Positions 38,778 to 46,955 of a stretch of DNA of 64,000 nt are shown here, one piece after another (the stretch's first letter is position 1; each line of letters starts with the position of its first letter). A model generated the notes under the pieces. The model had not been told where the DNA came from and searched no databases. It was given only the letters and a program-made list of their open reading frames with translations. A program made the translations under genes and the position numbers. The DNA lies in the IMG/VR virus record IMGVR_UViG_3300037294_000266, positions 124,001 through 188,000 of that record. The stretch is one strand, 5' to 3'.

Positions 38778-39392
38778 TTATTGGCGGTTGATAGTCTCGA
38801 TGAAGATTCGTTTGATCTCATCGCGCACAGCAGGACTGGACGACGAGTTGAATATTTCAGCAACGACTTCAGTGATATGTGATTCCACATCGTCAAGATC
38901 TGCAAGCTCACGTACTTTACGCAGTGGTTGGAGCTTACGGACCCGACCTAGAAGTTCTTTGTATCGAGCAAGGACAATGTCTTCGCCCAATTCGATAACC
39001 AGTTCTTCAGTGAGTTTGTCATGATAGATCTCGACTTTCTTGGAGCCGACGATTTCCATCAGTGGCACGGTCATCACGTCACAGATGACAACCATGTCAA
39101 GAAACATTTCATCAAGCTCTGTGCAGAGCTCATCGATCAGCGTACTGCCTTCACTGGTGACTTCGTCTTTATAACCAATGGCTATCAGGAAATCAGCCAT
39201 TGGATCAGGTTTCTTACGAAGGTAACGCAGGTTAACTCGGATGTAGCCTGAGACAAACTGGGCTACCGCCTCGACGATCATTTCAGTCCGCTTGGCAGAT
39301 TCTTTAGGCAGGTTATGGCCCGGCGGGAATTCGTGCGAAACATCTCGTACGTAACTCACAACTTCAGCAATGGGAAGGATTAACTTCTGCAC
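38778..39392 (-). CDS. Alpha/beta array protein with C-terminal helical extension
   Basis: GTG start with GGGAG RBS; QKLILPI...EELVIEL. Confidence 0.7.
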   Translation of the reverse strand: MQKLILPIAEVVSYVRDVSHEFPPGHNLPKESAKRTEMIVEAVAQFVSGYIRVNLRYLRKKPDPMADFLIAIGYKDEVTSEGSTLIDELCTELDEMFLDMVVICDVMTVPLMEIVGSKKVEIYHDKLTEELVIELGEDIVLARYKELLGRVRKLQPLRKVRELADLDDVESHITEVVAEIFNSSSSPAVRDEIKRIFIETINRQ

Positions 39393-39739
39393 ATGTGACT
39401 CCCTAGGCAATATTTTCTTTTGATGATGACCAGATCTTCTCTAGTCAGTGCTATCTCCACCACATACTCAGCTAGATGCTCTAAGATGTGTGGAGTCAGT
39501 CTATCAGCTATGCTTAACGAATACCGTTCCAAAAGCCCCTGGATTAACTTATACTGCTTAGTTAATGAAGGACATTTAGGAAAAGCACTTACCACGGTGA
39601 GACCCGCTTTTTCGACTAGCTCTCGTTCAATCACAAACTGCCATGCAAGAAGAGATAAAACATTTCCCTCATCGATGGCACTGGTCATGTAAGAAAGATC
39701 GAATATGAGCGCCTCAGGGCCCTTTAAATCGATATTCAT
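39380..39739 (-). CDS. Small alpha/beta array protein, first of the operon
   Basis: 119 aa; ALIFDL...EDLVIIK; GGGGG RBS. Confidence 0.65.
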   Translation of the reverse strand: MNIDLKGPEALIFDLSYMTSAIDEGNVLSLLAWQFVIERELVEKAGLTVVSAFPKCPSLTKQYKLIQGLLERYSLSIADRLTPHILEHLAEYVVEIALTREDLVIIKRKYCLGSHMCRS

Positions 39740-39794
39740 AGCTCCCCCCTACAGGATAGTAGCGAGATGCTTTTTATAACTAGCATAGATTAGT

Positions 39795-39833
39795 AAAAAA
39801 TAAGCACAGGAGACGGGACATCCCGTCTCCTGT
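39795..39833 (-). terminator. Rho-independent terminator
   Basis: 13-bp stem ACAGGAGACGGGA followed by a T tract on the minus strand. Confidence 0.75.
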
Positions 39834-39842
39834 ATTTGGGTG

Positions 39843-40049
39843 TTAACTGAAGCTGGCATTCATGCCACTTGGGTCTGGTTTATTCAATGCCGGACCATGG
39901 TAATCGAAGTTATAACGCTCTTCTGGGAATTGGTGGTGCCACTCACCATTTTTACAACGATGGCAGGTATAACCAACAGAAGTCTGCGGGGTGGCGTGGA
40001 TATTATCAACGTTGCCGCAAGACTCGCATTCAAAGACATCAGTACTCAT
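39843..40049 (-). CDS. Small zinc-ribbon protein
   Basis: 68 aa; CESC...CHRC then GEWH; ATGA coupled to the upstream gene. Confidence 0.75.
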   Translation of the reverse strand: MSTDVFECESCGNVDNIHATPQTSVGYTCHRCKNGEWHHQFPEERYNFDYHGPALNKPDPSGMNASFS

Positions 40050-40654
40050 TTCTGTCTCCTAAAACGAGGCAATTCAAATAACGGTTTAACACGCCCTTCG
40101 GTACCGTTCATGCGGGTGTGCATGATTTTTAGAGGTTGCCAGGCTTCGGCAACTTCTTCTTCAGTTTTACCTTCGACCATTGTCCACGGATACACATGTT
40201 CGGTACCGTCCGCTGCTCTCACACGCACTTCGCCAACTTTATGATTGCGTATGAAGACAATCTGATCGATATCGACAAGTAGTATCTCGTCGATAGGTAT
40301 GGTTGGCATGAGGCCATTAGATAACACACGCCGTCCGAAGCTCATGTAATGGACAGTATCACGACCAATGCTCCGATGGATCTTACGAATCCGTTTTCCT
40401 TGTTGGATCCGGCCTTTATCGCGCCATGTGTCTTTGAGGCGTTTCCCAGCATAACCGATATTCAAATCGGCTTCAATGAGTTTTCCGTCGAATGCTTCTA
40501 AATGGTTAATGCCGGCACGCTTCGCATAGTCCATAAGTTTGTACAGATGGTTCATGCGAGCAGGTGTTCCACGATGTGGGTAGTTGTCGGACTGGCGCTG
40601 CATGTTACGCCATGCCTGTAGACGATATCGCTCTACGTTCTCACCATAGGTCAT
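40046..40654 (-). CDS. Hypothetical basic protein
   Basis: 202 aa, in operon. Confidence 0.75.
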   Translation of the reverse strand: MTYGENVERYRLQAWRNMQRQSDNYPHRGTPARMNHLYKLMDYAKRAGINHLEAFDGKLIEADLNIGYAGKRLKDTWRDKGRIQQGKRIRKIHRSIGRDTVHYMSFGRRVLSNGLMPTIPIDEILLVDIDQIVFIRNHKVGEVRVRAADGTEHVYPWTMVEGKTEEEVAEAWQPLKIMHTRMNGTEGRVKPLFELPRFRRQK

Positions 40655-40657
40655 TAT

Positions 40658-40912
40658 CTAAGCTCCGTAATTCGCTGAAATAAGCACGCGGTGCTGGCCT
40701 GATTGAACAGGTTGGTCTGGATGTACGTCATGGTACTCGTAGATGCCGACTACACGGTTATCTTCGGTGACGTATGCATAGTCACAGCCAGGAAGCTGGC
40801 GGTTGGCATTGCACGCATCCAGGGCTTCAATGGTTGTCGGGTAGGGCGGACTGGTCTGCACCAGTCGCTTATCCGAATACTCCGCTACTTGAGGATCAGG
40901 TTGGTTACTCAT
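40658..40912 (-). CDS. Hypothetical protein
   Basis: Start moved to MSNQPD (GAGG RBS), overlapping the upstream stop. Confidence 0.6.
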   Translation of the reverse strand: MSNQPDPQVAEYSDKRLVQTSPPYPTTIEALDACNANRQLPGCDYAYVTEDNRVVGIYEYHDVHPDQPVQSGQHRVLISANYGA

Positions 40913-41123
40913 CACTACCTCGCGTATTCGTCTTGATGCGGATGACCACCTCTGACGAACTAATCTTGTTGCCTGTACTGGAGGTAGAGGTAACTTCAAT
41001 CACCGAGTCTGGATGGTCTTCAGAAAGGCGGTTGATAGCATTGGCTATATCTCGTGAAACCCCCCATGCAAACCCATTTGCCTCAAGTGTTTTCTCGACA
41101 CGGGTTTTCATATCGTCAGACAT
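40905..41123 (-). CDS. Hypothetical protein
   Basis: 72 aa, overlap-coupled on both sides. Confidence 0.65.
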   Translation of the reverse strand: MSDDMKTRVEKTLEANGFAWGVSRDIANAINRLSEDHPDSVIEVTSTSSTGNKISSSEVVIRIKTNTRGSDE

Positions 41124-41577
41124 CTAAGTCATCCCCTTTAACCGACAGCGTGGAAAGGAACTTGAGCAGATCGCTTTCAGTGTCCATTGACTCGCTCATG
41201 TCTGCTTGAAACAGACGGAGCTTGTGAGTCCCTAGCGCCGAGAGAAGGTGATCGTAACGAGCACCTTTCTCAATCAAGGACATGTCGTGAACAGTGGGTC
41301 GCATCGGCAGTTGAGTGGTTGTCAGAGTCTGAGCGTCATCTACCGTAAAGGTGACGCCGTTCTCATCGATGAAACCCACTTGATGATAATGTTGACCGAA
41401 TGTTGTATCGATCCGATACAGTGCAGCAGCACACCAACTATCTTCCAACTGATTGACCAGGTCTTGGAACGGGTCAATCAAAGCACCGCGGGTTGGAAAT
41501 GCCGAGTCTGTAAGCATCTCGCCCATTTCTGACAATTCGGCCGGATTAAGAGCCAGTTTCAGCAAAGTAGTTTTCAT
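41116..41577 (-). CDS. Hypothetical protein
   Basis: 153 aa, GGAGG RBS. Confidence 0.7.
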   Translation of the reverse strand: MKTTLLKLALNPAELSEMGEMLTDSAFPTRGALIDPFQDLVNQLEDSWCAAALYRIDTTFGQHYHQVGFIDENGVTFTVDDAQTLTTTQLPMRPTVHDMSLIEKGARYDHLLSALGTHKLRLFQADMSESMDTESDLLKFLSTLSVKGDDLDV

Positions 41578-41580
41578 AGA

Positions 41581-42279
41581 TTAATCCTCCATGTTCATGG
41601 TGGTTGGTAGATCGCCTTCGGTCTTATCGAAGGCGATAAGCTGCTGACCCAATACACGGGCTTGCTCAAGAGTATTGGTCGGGCGGAAGGTTACTTCCAG
41701 AGCAGTCCAGCTGACGTAGCTGTCTTGGAATTCTTTGTCTTCATGGACGCCGTATTCCAACTGATGGCTGTTCAATTGAATTGCATAATCGCAATCTTCA
41801 CTGTAGCCAACGATTGACTGTTCGGTTTCAGGATTGTAGATGCGCCATACGCCACAACGTGGCGGCTTCACTTCAAACCCATCGGCATGGACTTCCTTTA
41901 GCCACTCTGGCTCAGGGAAGTTAGCATTGAAGCCGTAATGCGGGCAGCCTTCTTGAAAGACTGTGATTTCAGTGGCTTCTGGCCAGTAAGTCTTGATGTC
42001 CGAAAGACTCTCGACATACGCCATCAGTACGTTGGCATCGGCCGACATACGGACTACCCAATACGGATGGTAGATGGGCCATGCAATCGGGCGGCTGTCA
42101 TGTACGTAAGCGCCATCAGTGGCGTGGCGTGGAGGTAGTGGCGACAAGAAACCTACACGGAGAAGCGGAAGACTGCCATAGACAGGTTTCCATGCAAACG
42201 CTTGTTGAGAGTGAGCCTTGGTGATGAACTCGTACATTGGCTTACCGTCAACACCGAGAATGACTTCTTTATTTTGCAT
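41581..42279 (-). CDS. Hypothetical protein with a conserved phage W/P-rich domain
   Basis: RPIAWPIYHPYW...YWPEA...FPEPEW motif. Confidence 0.75.
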   Translation of the reverse strand: MQNKEVILGVDGKPMYEFITKAHSQQAFAWKPVYGSLPLLRVGFLSPLPPRHATDGAYVHDSRPIAWPIYHPYWVVRMSADANVLMAYVESLSDIKTYWPEATEITVFQEGCPHYGFNANFPEPEWLKEVHADGFEVKPPRCGVWRIYNPETEQSIVGYSEDCDYAIQLNSHQLEYGVHEDKEFQDSYVSWTALEVTFRPTNTLEQARVLGQQLIAFDKTEGDLPTTMNMED

Positions 42280-42290
42280 GATGTGCTCCG

Positions 42291-42776
42291 TTATGGCTGG
42301 GTGAGAAGTTGTACAAAGGAAGGAACTGGTCCATTAGGCGCATGTTCTTCGAGGTTAGAATCTAGAACGGTGACCATTCCTGTCTCAGGATCGAGGAGGC
42401 AGTCAATCACAGCCTGGCCATGAGGGACTGTCAGTTCTACGATGAGTGCCCGAGTACATGTGGTGTTGACCGTAGAGCATTCATCGCCATGTAGGGATGA
42501 TGTAGCTACCTTAAGGTTGATGTCGTAATACTGATTGACTACCTTGTAATGATAGCGGTTAGCCTTAGCCTGCTCGACTGTTACGTAGAACTCGTCGCCT
42601 TTTTGTAGACGAGTGCGTTGCATTGTCAGTGTATAGCCGCCTTCAATAAGACGGCCAAGGCCTTTACGCAAAGCAGTGTTTGATTCTGCTTCGGTGTTGA
42701 AATTGTCCGGAATGCAGAAAGCAACAAAGTCTTGAAGTTCTGCTGCGGTGATGACGCCAGTGGCTTTGGTAGACAT
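42291..42776 (-). CDS. Hypothetical protein
   Basis: Start MSTKAT with AGGG RBS. Confidence 0.7.
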   Translation of the reverse strand: MSTKATGVITAAELQDFVAFCIPDNFNTEAESNTALRKGLGRLIEGGYTLTMQRTRLQKGDEFYVTVEQAKANRYHYKVVNQYYDINLKVATSSLHGDECSTVNTTCTRALIVELTVPHGQAVIDCLLDPETGMVTVLDSNLEEHAPNGPVPSFVQLLTQP

Positions 42777-42837
42777 GTTTGTTTCCCTAGGTATCGGCAT
42801 AAAGACTGTGGGAGTTACCCCACAGCCCTAGCCACAA

Positions 42838-43821
42838 TTACAGGAACAAGCCGGTGTCGCTTGCTTGCTCATTACCGTCCAAGAACGTGAAAGATTCAGC
42901 GCGGGTAGTGCGCTGCATTTCCATTTCTTTCTTCAGGCCATTCAGCTCACGGATTACTTCGCCGAACGAGATGTTCTCGATACCGAAGAAGTAACTGGTG
43001 GTTGCTTGAACGATCTGCGGCATGAAGCCATCGCAGCTGTACGGAACGAAGACGCTTGGTTGCAGATCATCTTGGTTACGCTTGAGATAAGCGGCTGAGA
43101 TTGGCTCTTTAACGATGTCGTCGAAATCTTCGATCGTGCCGGCCATATGCAGGCGTGCCAGGCACGGTGCAACGTCGGTCGTCTTGCTGAATTCCAGGAA
43201 GCTGGTGATGTCTGCAGTGTCGAGACCGTGGTTACGGCGTGAGCAGAGGACAGACATGGAACGAATGATCAGATGCGCTTCGACGTCGATCTTGGAGCGC
43301 GGGATGTTCGGCTTGTTCATGCCGAAGTGAATGACCACTGGTTTGTTGGTAGCACGGCTGATGCCATCGAGAGTCTTCATGGTGCCGATGGTATTCTCGG
43401 CAGTCTTGATGCTCTCATGCGAACCCGTCACAACACCAATAGTGCTGTGGCCGTCGGCCAGCAGTTGCTTCAGGATCAGTGGACCGGCTACAGAACCCGT
43501 ACCGCCCGAGGCAGTGAAGACCACGATGTTCAAGTCACCTGGGGTGAACTTGCGCAGGATGTCCGGGATAGCCTTGGCAATCACTTTGTCGTTAGCGCTG
43601 CGGATCTTGCCCGAACCATCAAGGTCTTTGAACAACCAGCAGTTGTCCACCAGACGATCGTCAAGGTTCGAATCAGAAGTGTCGATGAAAGCGACTTGGA
43701 TGTCCGCTACGTCGGCACTGTGCCCATCGGTCAGATACTCCTTACCGATGTTGATACCACCACCGCCGCACGCAAAAATTCTCACTTTGCCAGCAGGACG
43801 ATTGGAGAGACCATTACTCAT
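42838..43821 (-). CDS. phuZ: Phage tubulin PhuZ
   Basis: ACGGGGINIG, DTS, tubulin signature SGGTGS, acidic-hydrophobic C-tail SDTGLFL; start MSNGLS with GAGG RBS (327 aa). Confidence 0.95.
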   Translation of the reverse strand: MSNGLSNRPAGKVRIFACGGGGINIGKEYLTDGHSADVADIQVAFIDTSDSNLDDRLVDNCWLFKDLDGSGKIRSANDKVIAKAIPDILRKFTPGDLNIVVFTASGGTGSVAGPLILKQLLADGHSTIGVVTGSHESIKTAENTIGTMKTLDGISRATNKPVVIHFGMNKPNIPRSKIDVEAHLIIRSMSVLCSRRNHGLDTADITSFLEFSKTTDVAPCLARLHMAGTIEDFDDIVKEPISAAYLKRNQDDLQPSVFVPYSCDGFMPQIVQATTSYFFGIENISFGEVIRELNGLKKEMEMQRTTRAESFTFLDGNEQASDTGLFL

Positions 43822-43883
43822 TGGGTATTCCTCTTTACTTGGAGTGGGTGTTGATTTACGATGCGGTATACTCATCCACATGT

Positions 43884-43891
43884 ATAATGTA
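43884..43891 (-). promoter_or_regulatory. Putative early promoter core TACATTAT for phuZ
   Basis: 63 nt upstream of the phuZ start. Confidence 0.7.
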
Positions 43892-44117
43892 TCCTTACAG
43901 AATCTTCGGATAAGTAGCGTCTCTTTGAAGAACTTACCGTTTGCGGCAGTGTACATAAGAAACGCGCGATTATAAAGATGAGACCCATCATGTGTACCTT
44001 TATCACTTATAATTCAGTGCCTGCTCCAGCGACATGCCGCACTCGTTTAATCGCTTCCATAACTTCCTGTAAGGAATGTTGTACTGGAGCCCCTAATTTC
44101 ATAAGAGGTATCTTTAT

Positions 44118-44945
44118 ATGGACATCGTGACCATCGCTTTGGATCGAGTCAAATTCGAAATTCCGCAAGAGGTGTTGAGATACACTTTCTCGCCAACACG
44201 TTACGACCCATCTCGCAATGGTCTCGTTCGTGATTACAGTACGGGTGCCAGCAACGATACTGTCATTCGTCGCAAAGTTGTAGAAGGCCGTGTGCTGGTT
44301 GACATGGATCTTTGTTCTGGGGTGGAGATCTTCATTCCACTGATGGGTAATATCGAAATTGAACGGATTGACAACTGGACGTATGTCTACCGTATCTCTA
44401 AGGAACTGACTCAGGGTCGAAGTATCACAGAAGTCTACGGGCTTGCTTACGGCATGGGTAATCAGATGGGTGCTGTTGGAGCTACTTCCACTGACCGGTC
44501 TGACGTACTTGAATCGACCGCTGCGTTGATGGCGTCAAATCAATCGTGGACTCAGGTGCAGACTGCTCACGTTTCCCTGGTGGCTGACAACACTGTCATG
44601 GTTACCAACATGGCACGTGTGCCAGGGATTTCGTATCTTCGGTGCCTGGTGAGTCATGACCCTAACCTGAACAACATCCCTAAGGCGTACACTGACAAGT
44701 TTACTGAATTGGTGATTCTGGCCGTTAAGGCTTACATCTACAACTCAGCAATCATTCAGTTAGACGAAGGCGCTATTCGTGGCGGTGCTTCATTAGGCCG
44801 TATTCGCGAGATCGTTGATAGTTACGCTGACTCTAACACCATGTACAAAGAGTACTTACGTGACCAATGGCGTAAAGCAGGTCTGATGGCAAACAAAGAC
44901 CAACATCGCCGGTTCATGCGCTATACGGTGGGGAGTCGTCGCTGA
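44118..44945 (+). CDS. Conserved phiKZ-like virion structural protein (possible neck/head-tail connector)
   Basis: 275 aa, AGAGG RBS, late (+) strand. The C-terminal ILAVKAYIYN...G..IG..REIVDSY pattern is typical of the family. Confidence 0.6.
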   Translation: MDIVTIALDRVKFEIPQEVLRYTFSPTRYDPSRNGLVRDYSTGASNDTVIRRKVVEGRVLVDMDLCSGVEIFIPLMGNIEIERIDNWTYVYRISKELTQGRSITEVYGLAYGMGNQMGAVGATSTDRSDVLESTAALMASNQSWTQVQTAHVSLVADNTVMVTNMARVPGISYLRCLVSHDPNLNNIPKAYTDKFTELVILAVKAYIYNSAIIQLDEGAIRGGASLGRIREIVDSYADSNTMYKEYLRDQWRKAGLMANKDQHRRFMRYTVGSRR

Positions 44946-44995
44946 CTCATTGCACTCGTTCAGAGTATGAGTCAATTACGTATTTCTTTACAGTA

Positions 44996-45035
44996 ACAAA
45001 TAAAAAAAGAAAGGAGAGGGGCGTCAGCCCCTCTC
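44996..45035. terminator. Bidirectional terminator
   Basis: GAGAGGGGC-GTCA-GCCCCTCTC with an A-tract, between convergent genes. Confidence 0.8.
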
Positions 45036-45043
45036 TTATTCCG

Positions 45044-45373
45044 TCAGCTAAAATCTTCTACCGGTCTGACGTAATCCATCAGTAGGTAAAAGAGGCAGAA
45101 CCCAATTACAGTAAGACTGCTAGCAACCACGTAAACGTAATGGTTACAAGAAATCATCCAGGCGTAAATCCCGATGTTACTTGTCCAAAATACCAGAGTG
45201 ATGTAATTAAACGACCCTGCTGCTATTTTGGCGCTGGCAAGTACCAGATCGATGAACTTATAAACACAGTACTGGTCCCCAAAGATGAGGCGGTTGGTCG
45301 CTATGGAGGCTATGACCCCAGCCATAAATAGCGTACTGGCCGTGATATCAAAAAAGGCAGCTACATCGTTCAT
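45044..45373 (-). CDS. Small multi-pass membrane protein
   Basis: 109 aa with 3-4 hydrophobic segments. Confidence 0.65.
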   Translation of the reverse strand: MNDVAAFFDITASTLFMAGVIASIATNRLIFGDQYCVYKFIDLVLASAKIAAGSFNYITLVFWTSNIGIYAWMISCNHYVYVVASSLTVIGFCLFYLLMDYVRPVEDFS

Positions 45374-45417
45374 GAGTCAATCAATCCCTGAATTTAGGTT
45401 ATGGGTTCTGCTGAAGC

Positions 45418-45618
45418 TTATGCTTCGGAGCTTTTGGTATCGGAAGTGCCGGCAATGTTATCAGCTGCCGATTTAACGACATCAGTCACAGCACCACCGA
45501 CTTCACCGACTGCTTCGCCAGCAGCCACGATCTTGTCAATGGCCATCTTCTTTTTACGCTCTTCAGCGTAATGAGTAATGACTGCACCGATGATGATACC
45601 GAGGAAGAAACGTTTCAT
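45418..45618 (-). CDS. Small N-terminally anchored membrane protein (YtxH-like layout)
   Basis: MKRFFLGIIIGAVIT followed by a charged/Ala-rich tail; AAGGA RBS. Confidence 0.75.
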   Translation of the reverse strand: MKRFFLGIIIGAVITHYAEERKKKMAIDKIVAAGEAVGEVGGAVTDVVKSAADNIAGTSDTKSSEA

Positions 45619-45665
45619 GGCAATATCCTTAATGGGAGGGTAACGGAGATGGTTGTTATCTCACT

Positions 45666-45688
45666 ATTACAATGTACTGCCATGATAA
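45666..45688 (-). promoter_or_regulatory. Putative early promoter, exact copy of 8755-8777
   Basis: 23-bp identity; preceded on the minus strand by the hairpin at 45715-45732. Confidence 0.7.
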
Positions 45689-45738
45689 TTTCGAATAAGA
45701 TCACGTGGCATAAAGGCAGACCAGAGTCTGCCAGTACG

Positions 45739-46224
45739 TTAGTCTTCAAGCCACGATTCGTCATCGAAGTATTTCTTCTGCAATGCGTACCACAGCAGCA
45801 GGTGGTTATCCTCATCGCGGACTGCATTGCGAAGTATCGCATCACTCATGACATCGAGACCTGCCAGCGATGCTGCCAACGTACGGACATAGTCCGCTGT
45901 CTCTTCTTCTTTGCAGATGTCCAAATATCCGTCAAGGATAGGTGCCACTTGACGATAGAGTTCTTCGATAACAAGACGACGATCGCGCGGGATGTCTTCC
46001 AGTACGAATACTTCAAGTTGCGCCACCAAGATCGTATCGACGCCGAATAGTTCTTCCAGCTTACTATACGTCTCTGGGTATGCAGCGCGTGCAAACTCCC
46101 CTTGGCGTTGTGCCAGGAAATGCATAGGTCGGTAGAGGTAGGACAGTTCTAACCATGGGTAGTCAACATGGCAGCGCTTTATTGCCTTGGCTACACTGAT
46201 GACGGCTTGATTTACAGTGGACAT
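45739..46224 (-). CDS. Hypothetical protein, possible outlying member of the alpha/beta array family
   Basis: 161 aa, GGGAG RBS; QAVISV...DEDNHLLLWY. Confidence 0.7.
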   Translation of the reverse strand: MSTVNQAVISVAKAIKRCHVDYPWLELSYLYRPMHFLAQRQGEFARAAYPETYSKLEELFGVDTILVAQLEVFVLEDIPRDRRLVIEELYRQVAPILDGYLDICKEEETADYVRTLAASLAGLDVMSDAILRNAVRDEDNHLLLWYALQKKYFDDESWLED

Positions 46225-46239
46225 GTATTTCTCCCAGCA

Positions 46240-46560
46240 TCAACCCGCTTCCGGATGATACCCTCGTTTCATGGATTGAAAGATGAAGAATGCAATCTGG
46301 AATGCCCAGACGCAAAGCGCTGCTGAGGCCAATGGGAAAGCAGCTCCGATGAAAAACAGTATCGCCAAGGCGGCTGCTAATTCCACAGCATAGTGCTGGC
46401 TGCAGCTGTAGACAATATCGTAATAGACATTGCCTAACTCAGAGCCAGTTACTCCTTCATCATATCCCTTTTTCACAAGGTTGATAATGTAAGGCACTGT
46501 GATGAAAGCTACAATGAGCCAAACCAACAACCCTTCAACGATATTCATGATCGTTTGCAT
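46240..46560 (-). CDS. Small three-TM membrane protein
   Basis: 106 aa, GAGGA RBS, three hydrophobic helices. Confidence 0.75.
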   Translation of the reverse strand: MQTIMNIVEGLLVWLIVAFITVPYIINLVKKGYDEGVTGSELGNVYYDIVYSCSQHYAVELAAALAILFFIGAAFPLASAALCVWAFQIAFFIFQSMKRGYHPEAG

Positions 46561-46951
46561 GCATGTCCTCCTCGTCTAATAGACCCAACGCTTCAGCCAG
46601 TTCTTTAACCCGGCCTTCATGACTCACTCGTACTTTACCGTTTTCCACAGTCAGCACAGGAATCCCTTCAATGGCATTTTCCGGCAAGCCCTTATAGTAA
46701 AACAACGTAGCTGGCATGACGCCTAGATGAATAGGATCTTCTTTAATAATCCCGTTAACCGACGTCTCCATCGAAGCCGTGGCTGAGGACGTAGGAATGA
46801 TCGTGACGCTACGACCAGAGTTGTAGATCTGAGCAGCAGCGTTATTGACGTTCTCATCCCAGTCATGGACCAGCAAGCCGACATCAGGCGCCTTATCAGG
46901 GGTGATAGGATTAAGAGCTTCTTCCAGCGAAACAAACGGACTTACATTCAT
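46535..46951 (-). CDS. Hypothetical acidic protein
   Basis: 138 aa. Confidence 0.7.
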   Translation of the reverse strand: MNVSPFVSLEEALNPITPDKAPDVGLLVHDWDENVNNAAAQIYNSGRSVTIIPTSSATASMETSVNGIIKEDPIHLGVMPATLFYYKGLPENAIEGIPVLTVENGKVRVSHEGRVKELAEALGLLDEEDMHANDHEYR

Positions 46952-46955
46952 GACA

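Noticed and set aside
43822-43956. 45-aa N-terminal extension of PhuZ in the ORF track
   Set aside because: It contains the promoter motif, and a good RBS precedes ATG 43821.
43978-44130. 50-codon Cys-rich + strand ORF in the phuZ divergent spacer
   Set aside because: No RBS, and it overlaps the start of the next gene; likely chance.
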